Source of the DNA: Piromyces finnis finn
Lineage: Eukaryota; Fungi; Neocallimastigomycota
Assembly: GCA_002104945.1 (NCBI GenBank)
Contig: MCFH01000011.1
Coordinates: 248,001-312,000, forward strand
Direction of reading: 5' to 3'
DNA length: 64,000 bases
The position numbers and the translations under genes are program-made. Each line of letters begins with the position of its first letter. The first letter of the stretch is position 1. Of the stretch, positions 1 to 14,767 are shown in pieces. The notes beneath the pieces are model-generated. The model did not search any database. It saw only the letters and a program-made list of their open reading frames with translations, and was not told where the DNA came from.

Positions 1-1845
1 ATACCATAAAAATTCAAAGAAAACTATATATTTATGTGCTACTTTTAAAACATACCATTTAATTAATTTATATTGATTTTACTTTTTCATAAATGATTAA
101 TATAAATTTTTATATAGTTTAATATATGGAGTTAATATTATCATATTATGTAGTACTATATGTCTATATATGATATGTTTATTTAGTACTACAATGAATA
201 AAAATACAAAAAATTAACCAATTATTCATATATATCATCATAATAAATTATATATAAAATCAAATATTTAAATTCAATGGGAATAATATATTTAGAATTT
301 ATTATAATACATTAATAAATCTAATATTTAACTTTATTAATATATTTATTAATTTACTCTAATATATTATTTCTATTAAATAATATTTATTATTTTTAAT
401 AAAAATCTTCAATTATAAAATATTAAATAATATATTAATAGTATAATTAGAGATTATTCCATTAATAAATAGTAATATAATGATATAATGATTAGATTTT
501 TAATTAAGCAAAGAAAAGTATGAATTTATTATAATATAAAATCAAAAGTAAATATTTTTACGTTTTGTTTATATATTTATTGGTATAAAAAGATATTCAT
601 TAGTTTTAACTCTTTAACCAAAATTTAATAATAAAATCAGTAGTTTTAATTTATTGAAGTATATTATTATTATATATGAAAAATATATTTTTACGGAATG
701 TCAAATAAATTAAATTAAAAAAAGTATCTTATGAAATTCGAGATTTTAATTAATTAATATATCTTTCATATATTAATTAAAAAAATATGCCTATTTTAAG
801 AAAATTAAAATTTAATTAATATATAAATTTTCTATATTTAGAAGGTAAAAAAATTAATGTTTCGTAATATATTAGTATAAAATATATTTTAATATATATT
901 TTCAATATAATTTTAAAACATAATAAAAAACGGTTAATAATATAAAGTTTATTAAATAATAAATTTGTTAAATATTTAATATATCATAAAAAAATAGTAT
1001 TTTAAAATAACACTGAATTTTTTAAAAAAATTTTACACTAAACAAAACGGGTTAGTTTTTCACAACTAGAAATTTTCAAAAAAATTTAAAAATTCAATAG
1101 TTTAAGGAAAATAAAAAGATTATAATTATATTACTCAAATATGAATAATATATTGATGAGAAAAAGGTAAAATAAGATAACTTACAGTTATACTTTTAAA
1201 TGCAAATAATATTGAATAATTAAATATATATGATATATATATTTAAATAACATTAATTTTATAATTGATTTTTCTAATTTTTGGAATATATTGGAGAATA
1301 GGGAAATAATTTATTTTTTTTGAAATATAAAAAATCCTGCAGTTTTCTTAAATAGGCAAACTAAATAAATATTGATAATTTTAAGATTTGAAAATAAATA
1401 TCATAGTTAATGAGGGTTACACAAACATTAATTTAAGAAATAATTTAAAAAAAAATATTTATATAACAACATAAAAAAAATGAATGACCACTTAAAATAA
1501 TTTTTAAATTGTCATTACAACAATATTATTATAGTTTGAAATGAAATTAGTATTTAATACATATTTATCATTAATTATTATTTATATAAACAAATATTTA
1601 TTCATAATCTATATTTTTTATCCTTTTTTTAGCATATATTTATAACAAAAAAACTATAGATATTTTTTATACATTATTCATTTTTTTATTAAAAAGTTAG
1701 AAAATTAGAAAAAATAATAAACTTTTTTAAATGTATATTTGTTAATTTTATGTAGGTGTTATGTATAGGTGCTTTTTTAGTATTTAATTATTAAAACATA
1801 TTTGGTATAGAGTGAGAAATAAAAAGGTAATATAAATAATATATG

Positions 1846-2349
1846 TTAGAATTCACATCCAATACTAACTAAATCTTCATAACTTGGTTTTTTGCTACGA
1901 GCTAAATTATTCAAACTTGCATTAGAACTTGCAAATTGTGCACCAGCATATAATTGGGTATTTCTCTTTCTCTTCAAAACAAAAAAGGTAATGATAGATG
2001 CAGAAAGAGTAGCAATGACAACACCACCAATAGCAACTGGAAGAATTATATTAAGTTTACTATTTTCATTATCATTATTGGATTTATCTGTAGATAAAAT
2101 GGCTGTATTTTCCATTGTAACATTTTTCATTCCTTTTCCAACAATAGAATTTTCAAATTTTGATAATTGATCTAAAACATTATCTAAATCTGCTTCGTAG
2201 TTCGCTTGATTTAAATATATAAAAAAAGTTAATTAAAAGAAATACTTTATCAAAATTTTAGAAATAAAAATTATATACTTACTAGTATGACAACTAACAA
2301 AATTAATTAATAAGATAGCTGAAAAAAACAAAAAGATATAGCTTTTCAT
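1846..2349 (-). CDS. Small orphan type-I membrane protein (~141 aa; signal peptide, one TM helix, basic stop-transfer, cytosolic tail)
   Basis: Exon 1 (2349-2283) reads MKSYIFLFFSAILLINFVSCHT, followed by a GTAAGT donor. An acceptor at 2205 joins exon 2 (2204-1846) in frame with the listed 94-aa ORF. TM segment IILPVAIGGVVIATLSASIITFFVL is followed by KRKR. Confidence 0.7.
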
Positions 2350-2517
2350 TTTGAATTATAAACAAAAACTATTATCATATATTTATATATTATATTATTG
2401 ATTAAAAAAAAAAAAGTTATTAAAAATAATATTTTTGTAAAAATTATTCTAGTGTATCAATAATATACTAATAATTGAATATTTCCATTTGTCAATTTAA
2501 TTTCTGATTATTCGATC

Positions 2518-2524
<7 letters not shown>

Positions 2525-2612
<88 letters not shown>
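2525..2612. repeat. (ATT)n microsatellite
   Basis: Uninterrupted trinucleotide run seen directly. Confidence 0.95.
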
Positions 2613-2614
<2 letters not shown>

Positions 2615-3932
2615 ATATTTAAAATATATTTAAATATTTAAATCATAATACTTTATATTAATATAAATTTATAAAATGAGATAATATTGTGAATTAAAAT
2701 AATTAAGATTATAACGCATGTTTTGTAAAATAATATCTTTGTAACTTTTTTTTTATATTGTATAATACGAATTCCAATTAGTTTTCTTCTTTATACTGAT
2801 ATCCAAAAATCCATAAATATTCAAAATACTTTTACATTTTTATATTTTGTTATAATTACATTTTATTACTAGATTATAATATTCTTAATACTTAGGAAAA
2901 AAAATAGTATATTTTTTTAAAAGAAAAACAAAAAAGTTTTTTTATATAATATTATAAAAGATATTAGTTAAAATAGAATTAGTATAATTATGAATAATAA
3001 ATGAAATCATACAATAATTAAATATATTAAATTATATATATCAAGCAATAACTATTTTAATAGCATTAATAATAAGATATTTCATTTTCATTATAAAGTT
3101 TTTTATTTTACTAAATATATTAAATAATATGATATGAAAGTATATATATACATAATTCATAATTTATGACAATATAGAATAAACTAAAGGGTAATAAAAT
3201 TTAATTTCAACTTTAAAAAAAAAATATTAATTATTCTTTTATTAATAGAGTTATTTTCATTCATTAAACAAGCATGTATAAAAGTCAATTCTATATTAAA
3301 ATTTATGCAATAATTTCTTTTGGGAGATAGTTAAGTTGGTAATAATTTAATTATAAATAAATTTTTAAACTTTTACTTCAAATTTCTTTTATTTTTTTTA
3401 TAATTTCATAAAAATTATGATAAAAATACTTTAAAAATAAATAAATATTAAATATATTATTTTTTTAATCCTTCATTTGCATATAAAAATAATTCAATTA
3501 ATAAAAAGTTCGTTACAACATACAATAGACAAGCTCATAGAATATAAAAAAAAAGTTGATTTTATTTTATAATTTATAATTGAAACTCTAATAAACATTT
3601 ATATATATATTATGTTATTTATTAATATATATAACAATTTCAGGATTTTTGAATTTCATTTTTTTTTTTTTTTTTTATTTATTTTTTCTTCTATTCTCTA
3701 TACTTCATTTAAATATTTTAAGAAAAAAACAAAAAAGTTCAAAATCTATTTCTTAATATCTATATTTTTATTTTTATTTTTTTAAAAAAAATTTCCTTTA
3801 TTTATTTATTACTTATACAAATATATAAATTAATATGTTTATAATATTGTTTAACTCTTTAATTGTATGAAAAAAAAATAATAATAATACAAAATACTAT
3901 ATTTCCCCTTCTATTATTTAATATAATATTTA

Positions 3933-6900
3933 TTATAATCCATTTTGTTCCTTGAAACTATCCCATGCAGTATTTAGTATACCAAAAACAGAAGTTGCTA
4001 TCATTTTATGTTCAATAGTTTCTTCACTTCTTATCTATATAATATTTTAATAAAATAACAAAAAAAAATTTAATATCGGATTATTTAATAATTTAATATA
4101 TAATGATAATAGCATCATTATAGTAATTAAAAAAAAAAAAAAAAAGGATATTTATACCTTATCTGGATGAACCTTAGCAATAGCTTTCATGTATCCAATC
4201 TTTACTTTTTGAGGTGAAATTAAATCAGCTAAATTCATATTTTTCCATTTTAATTCAGGCCATAAAACCATATCCATTGATGCAATTAAAGCTCTAATAT
4301 TATTTTCTTTGTTTTTACTCCATAGCATAATCTTTTATAATTACATTAATTAAAATAACATTAAAAATTAGAATATAATGATAAAGTAATAATTTTTTAA
4401 AATATCCTATTATAATTTTTTGTAAATATTTATTATAATTATTTTTTAACCTTTTCATCAATTTGATCTTTAAGTCTGAATCTTTCATCTTCTTCAGCCT
4501 TTTGTTTTTCTTCATTTCTTTTAAGTTTTTCCATAGCTTTTTGTTGTGCAATACGAATATCAGCTTGTAATTGTCTATAGAAATACATAATATAAAAAAA
4601 ATTAAATATTTAAATAATTTACTAAAAAAAAAAAAAAAAAAAAAACGAAAATTTTAATAAATATTTACTGATCAAATTTTGAATTATTTTGGGTAGAAGA
4701 AGAACTTGGTGTTGATTTCGAAACATAGCTTGAATTATTATTTTCATTAGTTTCAACATTTAATGCTTTCTTGCAACGTGCTATGGCTTGATTAGCAATA
4801 GTAGAACTACTATCTAAAACTTGGATTTTTTGATAATCGGCCAAAGCTAATTTCCATTTTTCTAAATGTTCATAGGCAGTAGCTCTTCGAATTAAACTCT
4901 TAATATCTTTTGAATCCATAGATTGAACAATATTACAATCATTAACGCATTCTTTGTAATAACCTATCTTAATATAAGCAATAGAACGGTTATTATAGAG
5001 TGCAATAAGATCACGATGACTTTCTGGTAATTCTCTTATGGCATTTGTGTATTGAACTGCAGCATCTGAGAATTGACCCTTTTTAAAGAATTCATTACCA
5101 ACTTCACGATATTGTTGAGCTTTTTGTTGTTTCTCTGGAGATACATAAACATCAGATATTAGGTTAGAATTATTAGAGGAAGAAGCAACAGCAACTACTG
5201 ATGCAGATTCGAAACCGTCATCATTATTCTTTGAAGGTACTGTTGATGAAACAGTAGTAGTAGAAAAAAATTCCATTAATTTATCAATATTTTGATCATG
5301 TTCATCGCTTGGATTCATAGATACTGGTGAGATTTGGTTCGATATTGGTGACATTTCTAAGTGCTTGTAACGAACAAAATCATCCGGATTATTATAAATA
5401 CTACTGGTACTACTATTACCACTACTGGTAGCACTTTCTCTAACATTCTTTTTCTTTTTCTTGATTGTACTTTCATTAGTAGTAGTGGAAGATGCACCAA
5501 CAACGACATTGGAAGAAGAATTATCCTTTGAAATTGATTTATTCGGTTTATCATCTGAAGTAGAAAGACCTTTAGTATCAGTAATTAAATCAGAGTCACC
5601 TGGAGTATCATCATCAATAGCAATGTGTTTATATCTAGTAAAGTCATCTGGGTTAGGAAGAACAAAGTCATCTTCATCATCAGATAGATTATCATCACCA
5701 TAGAAGTAATCAACAGAGAAACGTTTATTATTGGAATCTTTATTATTCTTCTTTTTAGATGATTTTTCTTTATCTATATTTGAATCCTTGGAATTACTAA
5801 GTTGATCCTTGCTATTGTTATGGCTAGAAGCTTCACTACTAGCGTCCGAATTAACTAAAGAATTAAGACGATCTTTAGATTGTCTAAAGTAACCAGAAGC
5901 CTTATTGTATAATGTAGCAAATCTGGATTGTTGAGGAGTATTATTATTATTGTTGTTATTGCTGTTGTTATTGCTGTTGTTGTTGTTGACATTAGTATTA
6001 CTAGCACCATTAGTATTATTATTAATTACTGTATTATCATTATTATTATTATTTATTGAAGCATTTGATCCTACAGAAGAAATAGAACCCATTTTTTTTG
6101 TTTGTTTATTTAATACATATTGTACTGCTTCTTCTAAATTATTATCAGTTTTGCTAATAGCTTCAATAGAGTCCTTTTCTTTAAAGCCCATTTCTTTTAA
6201 TTTTTCAATATTAATTCTTTGGAAATGTGTTTTATCTTCTAACGGGAAGGATTTATCATTACCAATCAGATTTTCGCTTAAACCAGTAAACATATCATCA
6301 GAACCTGCTGAATGATCTGAATCACTACTATAATAATTATTTTTATCATTAGATTTAGTATTAAGGCTAAAATTAGTTGTTTGATTTACTGAAGAAAAGT
6401 CTGCAAAGCCATTATTATTGTCGAGAATTGTTTTATTTGTGATAGGCTGTGCAGGTTGAGATAGGATATCAAATTCAAATAAAATATTGTTATTAACAGC
6501 GTTATTACTAGAGGTTTTAATGTTTCCTGAAGATGATTCTTTACTAATATTATTTGTATTTGTGACCAATTGGAAGCTATCAAATGATGTACCAGTAGAT
6601 GATGTATGTTTTTCAAAAAGATCGAAATTCCATTGTTGATTGGTATTATTTTGTGGATTATTTTTATTTTGAAGATCTTGTTGTTCTTTGAGAGAATTTA
6701 AAGACATGTTGCTTGAATTAGTAGAAGATGTTTCTTTTTTTGAAGTTAAAGAAGCAAAATTTGCAAATGAATTTATAGTTTTATTATTAGTATTGTTATT
6801 ATCGTTTCCTGAGTTATTCATACTTGAAAATGAGAAAATATCATCAAATAAATTAGCATTATTTGTAGAATTAGTTTTTGATGGTATTGAAGAAGTTGAA

Positions 6901-7301
6901 TTGTTATTGTTATTATTTTTATTTAATCCAGAAAATTTGGCATTAAACATAGAATTATTATCAGAAGCAGTATTGGTAGTAGAACCATTATGATAAATGG
7001 AAGTATTATTATTAGCAGTAGAAGTAGTAGTAGTAGAAAAACCACCATTGAAATTATTGAAGTTAAAGAAATTGTTATTATTGTTAGTGCTATTAACCCC
7101 GTTAAAACTGCCAAAATCATTAACACTGTTGGAGTAAGAACGATTACCTGAAGCAATACTTGAAAAGTTATTGGTAGTATTAGGAGGAGAAGAGCTGATC
7201 TTATTGAAACTACCGAAACTAAAAGATTGACTAGTTGGAATATGACTCGAAAAAGTGGAGTTTGAATTTCTATCTCCATTATCTAATTTATTTATATTGA
7301 A

Positions 7302-7336
<35 letters not shown>

Positions 7337-7347
7337 ATTTGTTTCCT

Positions 7348-7388
<41 letters not shown>

Positions 7389-7712
7389 TAATGAACTATT
7401 ACTTCCAATATTATTATTAAAAAAACTTGTAAAATTACTATTTGAATTATTAATATTATTATTATTATTATTAAAATTTCCAAAATTGTTAAGACTTGAA
7501 TTAGTCTTATTTTGATTTATATTTTCAAATGATACAAAATAATTAGGTGAATCAACAACCGAGGAATTTTGACTCTTAATTTTTTGTTGTGAATTATTGT
7601 CAATACTATTATTATTAGTAGTAGTAGTAGTAGTACTGTTGTTATTATTTGTCCCCGAATTAGAAGCAGAATTTTTGTAGGGAGCCCATATTAAATCTTT
7701 TAAATCATCCAT
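3933..7712 (-). CDS. SWA2: Auxilin-like clathrin-uncoating factor (disordered N-terminus, UBA, TPR, C-terminal J domain), ~1147 aa, 4 exons
   Basis: Exons 7712-4669, 4574-4451, 4331-4158 and 4034-3933 splice in frame. UBA: IEKLKEMGF...NNLEEAVQYVL. TPRs: AQQYREVGNEFFKKGQFSDAAVQY, LYNNRSIAYIKIG. Auxilin-type J domain: KENNIRALIASM...VKIGYMKAIAKVHPDK...FGILNTAWDSF, with the HPD motif. This UBA-TPR-J order is that of yeast Swa2. Confidence 0.9.
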
Positions 7713-8044
7713 TTTTTTTTAACTATTATATTTATTTATTTTTTATTTATTTTATTATTATTTCTATTTAGTTATTTATTTATTTAGTTATTTAGTTATT
7801 TTTGTTTTTATTTTTATTTTTATTTTTATTATTTAAGATACTAATAAATAATAAAATGATTTTGTTTTTACTATTACTTAAATTTAAATAGTATAATGAA
7901 TTGTTTTGATATTTAATATAGAGTTTTCTTTTAACAAAACAATATATACTAAAAAATAAGAAAATAATAAAAAAATAAATAATTAATATATGTTATGTTA
8001 TATTATTCTATTCAATTTTCGATAAAAGAAATATTGAGAACTAC

Positions 8045-8267
<223 letters not shown>

Positions 8268-9096
8268 GAATTTATGATTAATTATTATTTTTATTTCTCA
8301 ATATTAGTAAACTATAAAAAAAAAGTGTTTTAAAAAAAATATTATAAAATATACATACAAACTTTATATTAGTTATATTTTAATATGAGTTTTTATAATT
8401 ATGTTTATTATTGATATTAACTTTTTTTTTCGACTTTAGTTTTTATTTAAATATTAAAAAAGCAACTATTATTTATAAAATTTTAGAATTTTATATTAAA
8501 CAAGATTATAATTTAATTAAATTTAATTAAATGTAAAATAAAATAATACATCAATTATCTATTAAAATTATAGAATTCAATAGTTAATTATATAAAGCAA
8601 AATTAAATAATGTATAAAACTTTTTCATTTCCTTTATATATATATATAACAACAAAAATAATCATTATGGTTAATAATTATATATACATTTCATTTAATA
8701 TTATTTTTTAATTATATGATTAATAATAATATTGTTTCTCTAGTTTATTATTTTAAATAATAAATACAAGAAAATTGATTAGAAATTTATATAAAATCTA
8801 ATTATATATAAAAATGTATTGAAATTTTCCAAATATCTATAAATTAATAAAAGGCAAATGGGAGAAAATAACTTGAATGGGTGATGACCTTTTATATATT
8901 TATGATTTATGTTGCCAAACTACTAACATATTAACAAACTGAAATTAATATAAACAATAAAAAGCAATAAAAATAACAGAATAATAATATTCATACTGAT
9001 TAATAGATATTTTTTATCTATACTAAGGAATAAAATAAATTTATAAGATAAAAACCATAATTATTATGCTTGTAGTTAAATTTGACATCTAGAATT

Positions 9097-9139
<43 letters not shown>

Positions 9140-9459
9140 CTAGGAAGAGAATGCACTTCTTCTTGTATTTATTTATTTATTTAATTTGAGATATTACATA
9201 ATATTAGGTGATAATACATATAGATATAATAAATAATAAATATATATATATATATATATATAAATATAAAATAATTATTAAAGTTGAATAAAAGTTCAAT
9301 AAATTCTGCAATTCGTACTGTGTGGGATTGGTCCCTACCCAATAAATTAAATGAAATAAAAAAGGAAAGTAACATCAGGTATGATAGTGTAGTATCCACT
9401 AAACTCCCCATGAGCTCATAATGTTTTCATTCGAAGAAATACTAACATCTAAAATTTGC

Positions 9460-9494
<35 letters not shown>

Positions 9495-9970
9495 GACAAT
9501 TAAAACTTATGAACCTTTTTCATTTTATTAAAATTTTTTTCATAAATATTTAACTTTTAATGCAACTAAAGTTTAAAAAAAAAAAAAGGAAATTAAAGTA
9601 ATTTTAATTTAAACTAATAAAAAATTAAGCATTTATATTTACCAAGGAAAAAAAAAGTTTAACATATATATACAATATAGTAAAAGTAAAAATACTCTTT
9701 TTTTTTTTTTTTAATAATTTTTATTAACTTCGAAATAATTAAATAATTTTTAATCATTTCTTTTTTCCACTAATAATTATAATGATTATGATTTAACTCT
9801 ATTTTATAAATATAAATGATGAATAATAAATAATTTTTGATTGATTTATATATTAAATTCTAACATTACTGCTTTTTTTTTTTTAATATCTATTCTTAAA
9901 ATGAAAATTTAATAAATTATTTTAAAAATGATATTATATTATTAAATATGATAAAATTATATTAAATAGC

Positions 9971-12003
9971 TTATTCCCATTCAATGGTAGCTGGTGGCTT
10001 ACTACTGACATCATATACAACACGATTAACACCCTTAACTTCGTTAATAATTCTGCTACTGATCTTCTTAATAACATCGTATGGCATTTCAAACCAGTCA
10101 GCAGTCATGAAATCAGTGGTTTCAACAGCACGTAAAACGATAGCTTGTTCGTAAGTTCTAGAATCACCCATAACACCAACAGATTTAACTGGTAAAAGAG
10201 CAGCAAAAGCTTGAGAGATTTTTCTGTAAAGACCAGCTTTCTTAATTTCTTCAATGTAAATGTAATCAGCTTGTCTAGCAATTCTAACTTGTTCTGGAGT
10301 AACTTCACCAAGAATACGGATAGCAATACCTGGACCTGGGAATGGATGACGCCAGACGAGATCTGAATCAATTTCCATAATTTCACCAAGACGACGAACT
10401 TCATCCTTGAAAAGTTCACGTAATGGTTCAATAAGCTTTAATTTCATATCTTCCTTAAGACCACCGACGTTGTGATGAGTCTTAATGGTAGCAGATGGAC
10501 CCTTGAATGAAATAGATTCAATAACATCTGGGTATAAAGTACCTTGAAGTAAATATTCAATTTTTCCTCTACCAAGTTTAACTTGTTCAGCATCAATACG
10601 CTTAGCTTCTTCTTCGAAAATTTCTACAAAAGTATTACCAATAATCTTTCTCTTCTTTTCTGGATCAGTAACACCCTTAAGCTTGCTTAAGAAAAGATCA
10701 GCAGTTGGAGTAACAGTAAGATTAATGTTGAGTTTTTCATTTAAAACTTCTTTAACAGTTTCACATTCATTTAAACGCATAACACCATTATCTACTAAAA
10801 CAGCATGGTAACGATCACCAATAGCAAGAGTCATGATCTTAGAAGCAACAGTACTATCAACACCACCACTAACAGCACCAATAACTTGAGCAGTTGGACC
10901 AACAAGGTTTCTGATACGGCTGATTTCACGATCAATGAAGGAAGACTAAATTTAATTATTTCATTATACATAAAGTCAATATTCAATGTAATTTCATTTA
11001 CGTATATATTAAAACATTAATTGTTACTTTTACTTATATATACTATAAATGGTAAATATTAATGATAATTACCATACTCCAGTTAGCTTGAGCACCACAA
11101 ATATCAATAACGAAGTTCTTTAAGAGTTCCTTACCCTTTGGAGTGTGAGTAACTTCTGGGTGGAATTGAATACCGTAAATATTCTTTTCTTCACAATCAA
11201 TACCAGCGAATGGAGCAGTAGCAGTCTTAGCAATAACACGGAAACCTTCTGGGATCTTCTTTAATTGATCACCGTGACTCATCCATACCTTTTATTTTTA
11301 AAAATATTATATTTTTAAAATTATTAAATAGATATTATTTTATATTTTAATTAAATTCTTTTATTACCTTCATGTTGTCTTCTAAGCCCTTGAATAATTT
11401 GTTTTCAGCAACAACTTCAATATCAGCATGACCATATTCTCTACTTTCACATGGAGCAACTTCACCTCCAAGATCCCAAGCAATTTCCTTTTATATATAA
11501 TATTATATTTTAAAAATAATTGTTAAAATATTTCATAATATTACTTTTACTTTCAACAATACAATTTTTGAAATTTTTTTAAATACTATAATTTTTAATT
11601 TAATTATCTATCTTAATATTGTTACTATAAATATATAGTAACATATAGCTTTATATGTTAATTATTATAAAAAATTTTATGAATTAATATATTGTTAAAT
11701 ATTTACTTGAAGACCATAACAGATACCAAGAACTGGAACACCTAATTCCCAGACCTTCTTATCCATATGTGGAGAAACATCATCATAGACAGAGTATGGA
11801 CCACCAGATAAAATAATACCCTTTGGCTTGAAAGTTAAATCGTCGATCTTGTAAGTACAAGCTTGAAGTTCACAATAAACACCGAGTTCTCTGATTCTTC
11901 TTGTAATAAGGTGAGAATATTGTGAACCGAAATCAAGAATTAAAATAGTATCGTAAATTTGATTTATAGCAGTACTCATCTTCAATCTTTTATTACTACT
12001 CAT
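9971..12003 (-). CDS. GUA1: GMP synthase (glutamine-hydrolysing), 4 exons
   Basis: Class I GATase motifs [29 protein letters not shown] (catalytic Cys) and QFHPEV. ATP-PPase motifs [33 protein letters not shown] and HPFPGPG. C-terminus [10 protein letters not shown]. The ATG is at 12003; the ORF-track start at 12006 is TTG. Confidence 0.98.
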
Positions 12004-13390
12004 CAATTATATCAAAATAGTTTTTTTTTTAAACTTTACTGTTAAAAAAAAAAAAAGTGAAAAAAAAAAAAAAAAAAAAAAAAAAGAAAAATTTATACTA
12101 ATATATGGAATAATAAATAGATATTATTACAATTTTAACAGATCTATTAAAAATATGAGAAATTTAATTAAATACAATATACTATTAATATATAGGGTTA
12201 TATATGGTCTTTTTAACAAATTTTAATTTTGATGATTGGAATGTTTTTTTAAAAAAATTTAAAAATAAATTCTATTGGTCAATATTCATTCTATATTTAA
12301 AAAAAAAGTTCAATATTTGAAAAAAAAAAAAAAAAAAATAGAAATTAAAATTAGTTTAAAATAATGTTTTACAGAATGAAGAATAGAATAAAATAAAATA
12401 AAAAACTATATTTAACATAAAAATTATTTTATTTTTATAAATGATAGTTCATTTTAATTAAAAAGATAATAAAAATTCTTTTTTCTTCATAAAGATTTAG
12501 AAGATAGACTTTGAAAAAGAATAAAATTGCAACTCTATCTATTAATGATTTAATATAAATAACATAATAAATATTTGAATTTTTTTTGTATTAAATTAAA
12601 ATTTGAAATATTAAAAATTAACTTATTTATTGGTTTTATTTATAATTCAAGGGATAAAAATTCTTAATTTTTTTTTTTTTTTTGGTTAAAAAAAAATACC
12701 TGTCCTGTTTTAATTAATCAATTATTACTTTTTTTTAATAAAAATAATAATAATAAAAGGTATTGTGCTATCAATATATAAAATACACTTAATACATAAC
12801 TTTTATTATTATTGAATATTTATAATTTAAACTTTCAACTTTTTATATTATACTCCTATATCATAATATGTTTCTTTACACACTTTTTATTTTTTTTATT
12901 ATTATTACTTAATTAATTTAGTAAAGAATTTTTTTTTTTATTTTTTTTTTATTTTATTTGTTGTTGTGTTAGAAAAGATTAATAAATAACTTAGGTTTTG
13001 TTTTAATATTTACTAAATTAAAAATTTAATAAAAAAACCTTCTATTATAATGGTTATTATATATTGTTATAAATGATATTTAAATAAAAATTGTTTTTGA
13101 TTTTGTTTGATTTTTAACAATTAAATTAATTTTTTTTCTTTAGATAGGCTCTTACTTAATATTAATTAACATTTTTTATTTGAAGTAATTTATTGTTTCT
13201 TCTTAATAGAAATAATAAATTAAAGAGTTTCTTTCAAAAATTCCCCTTTTTTCTTTTATATATATGTATGTACTAATATTCTTTTTGTTTTATTATTAAA
13301 GATTATTATTATAATTACTTTTACTATTATTAAAATATTAAAATCTATTTTTATAAAATAATTTATGACGTATTTTTGTTTATATTTAAA

Positions 13391-14767
13391 TTAAGCTGGA
13401 ACATTGTGGAATAAGTAACTAACAGATTCACCATTATGAGTTCTTCTAATGGCTTCAGCAAGGGTTGGTGAAACATCAATAGTAGCAATCTTTGGACATA
13501 ACTTCTTCTTATCTTCATGAGGAATAGTGTTGGTAACAACAACTTGAGTTAAAGCAGAGTTGTTAATAACTTCACAGGCCTTACCTGATAAAATACCGTG
13601 TGTAACAATAGCGTAAACCTTAGTAGCACCATTTTCAACTAAAGTTTGAGCAGCCTTACCTAAAGTACCACAAGTATCAGCCATATCATCAACAAGAACA
13701 GCAGTCTTTCCCTTAACATCACCGACAAGAACCATTCTTGAGACAAAATTAGCCTTCTTACGTTCTTTGTGGATAAGAGCGAATTCTAAATCTAATCTAT
13801 CAGCAATAGAAGTAGCACTATTATTTATGTTTTATATATTAACATTGTTATATTAGAATAATACTTCAATAACATATATGAAATTTATCTATTAAATTTG
13901 AAAATTTAATTATTATTAAATTAGTAAAAATAATTACCGCTTAGCACCACCAGCATCTGGTGAAACAATGACAACCTTTCCTTCTTTGTAATCTGGAATA
14001 CATTCGCGAATGTATTTAAGAGTAGATGGTTCAGCGTATAAATTATCAACTGGAATATTGAAGAAACCTTGAATTTGAGAAGCGTGAAGATCCATAGTAA
14101 TAACGTGGTTAGCACCAGCGACAGTTAACATATTAGCGATAAGCTTAGCAGAAATTGGAGCACGAGACTTATCTTTCTTATCTTGACGAGCATAGAAGAA
14201 ACATGGAATAACAGCAGTAATACGACGAGCGGAAGCAGTCTTACAGGCATGAATCATAATAAGTAATTCCATTAAATTATCGTTAATATCACCACAACCT
14301 GGTTGAATAATGTAGACATCTTCATCACGAACAGATTCACCAATAGTAACTGAAGTTTCGTTGTTAGTGTATTTGAGAACAGCAGCCTTAGCTAAATCTA
14401 AGTTAAGACGTCTTTATATTTTTGATTAAATAAAAATTTATAAATTTGTTAATAAACTTTTCCAAATATTTAATAATATATAAAATATATATATATAATA
14501 ATTTAAATATCTATGGAAAAATTAATATTTAAAAAAAAATTGTATTCAAATTAAAATATTTTTAAAATTTTTACTATATTAATTTTAAAAATATATTTCA
14601 ATTTAATGTTATTGTCTAATTTCCTTATTAACAATAATCAATTAAATTTCATTTTAAATAAACAACATATTTAATAATTTATTAAATATTAACCTTGCAA
14701 TAAGTTTTGCAAGACCCATATGAGCATTTCCTGCAAAGATCTTAATTGAATTGGAAGGTGCGTCCAT
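13391..14767 (-). CDS. PRS: Ribose-phosphate pyrophosphokinase (class I PRPP synthetase), 3 exons
   Basis: [62 protein letters not shown] (PRPP-binding loop), THGILSG. Canonical GT-AG introns join the pieces in frame. Confidence 0.98.

Noticed and set aside
9971-14767. Horizontal transfer of the GC-richer GUA1/PRS genes
   Set aside because: Both have spliceosomal introns and eukaryote/fungal-type sequences; higher GC fits expression-linked codon bias.
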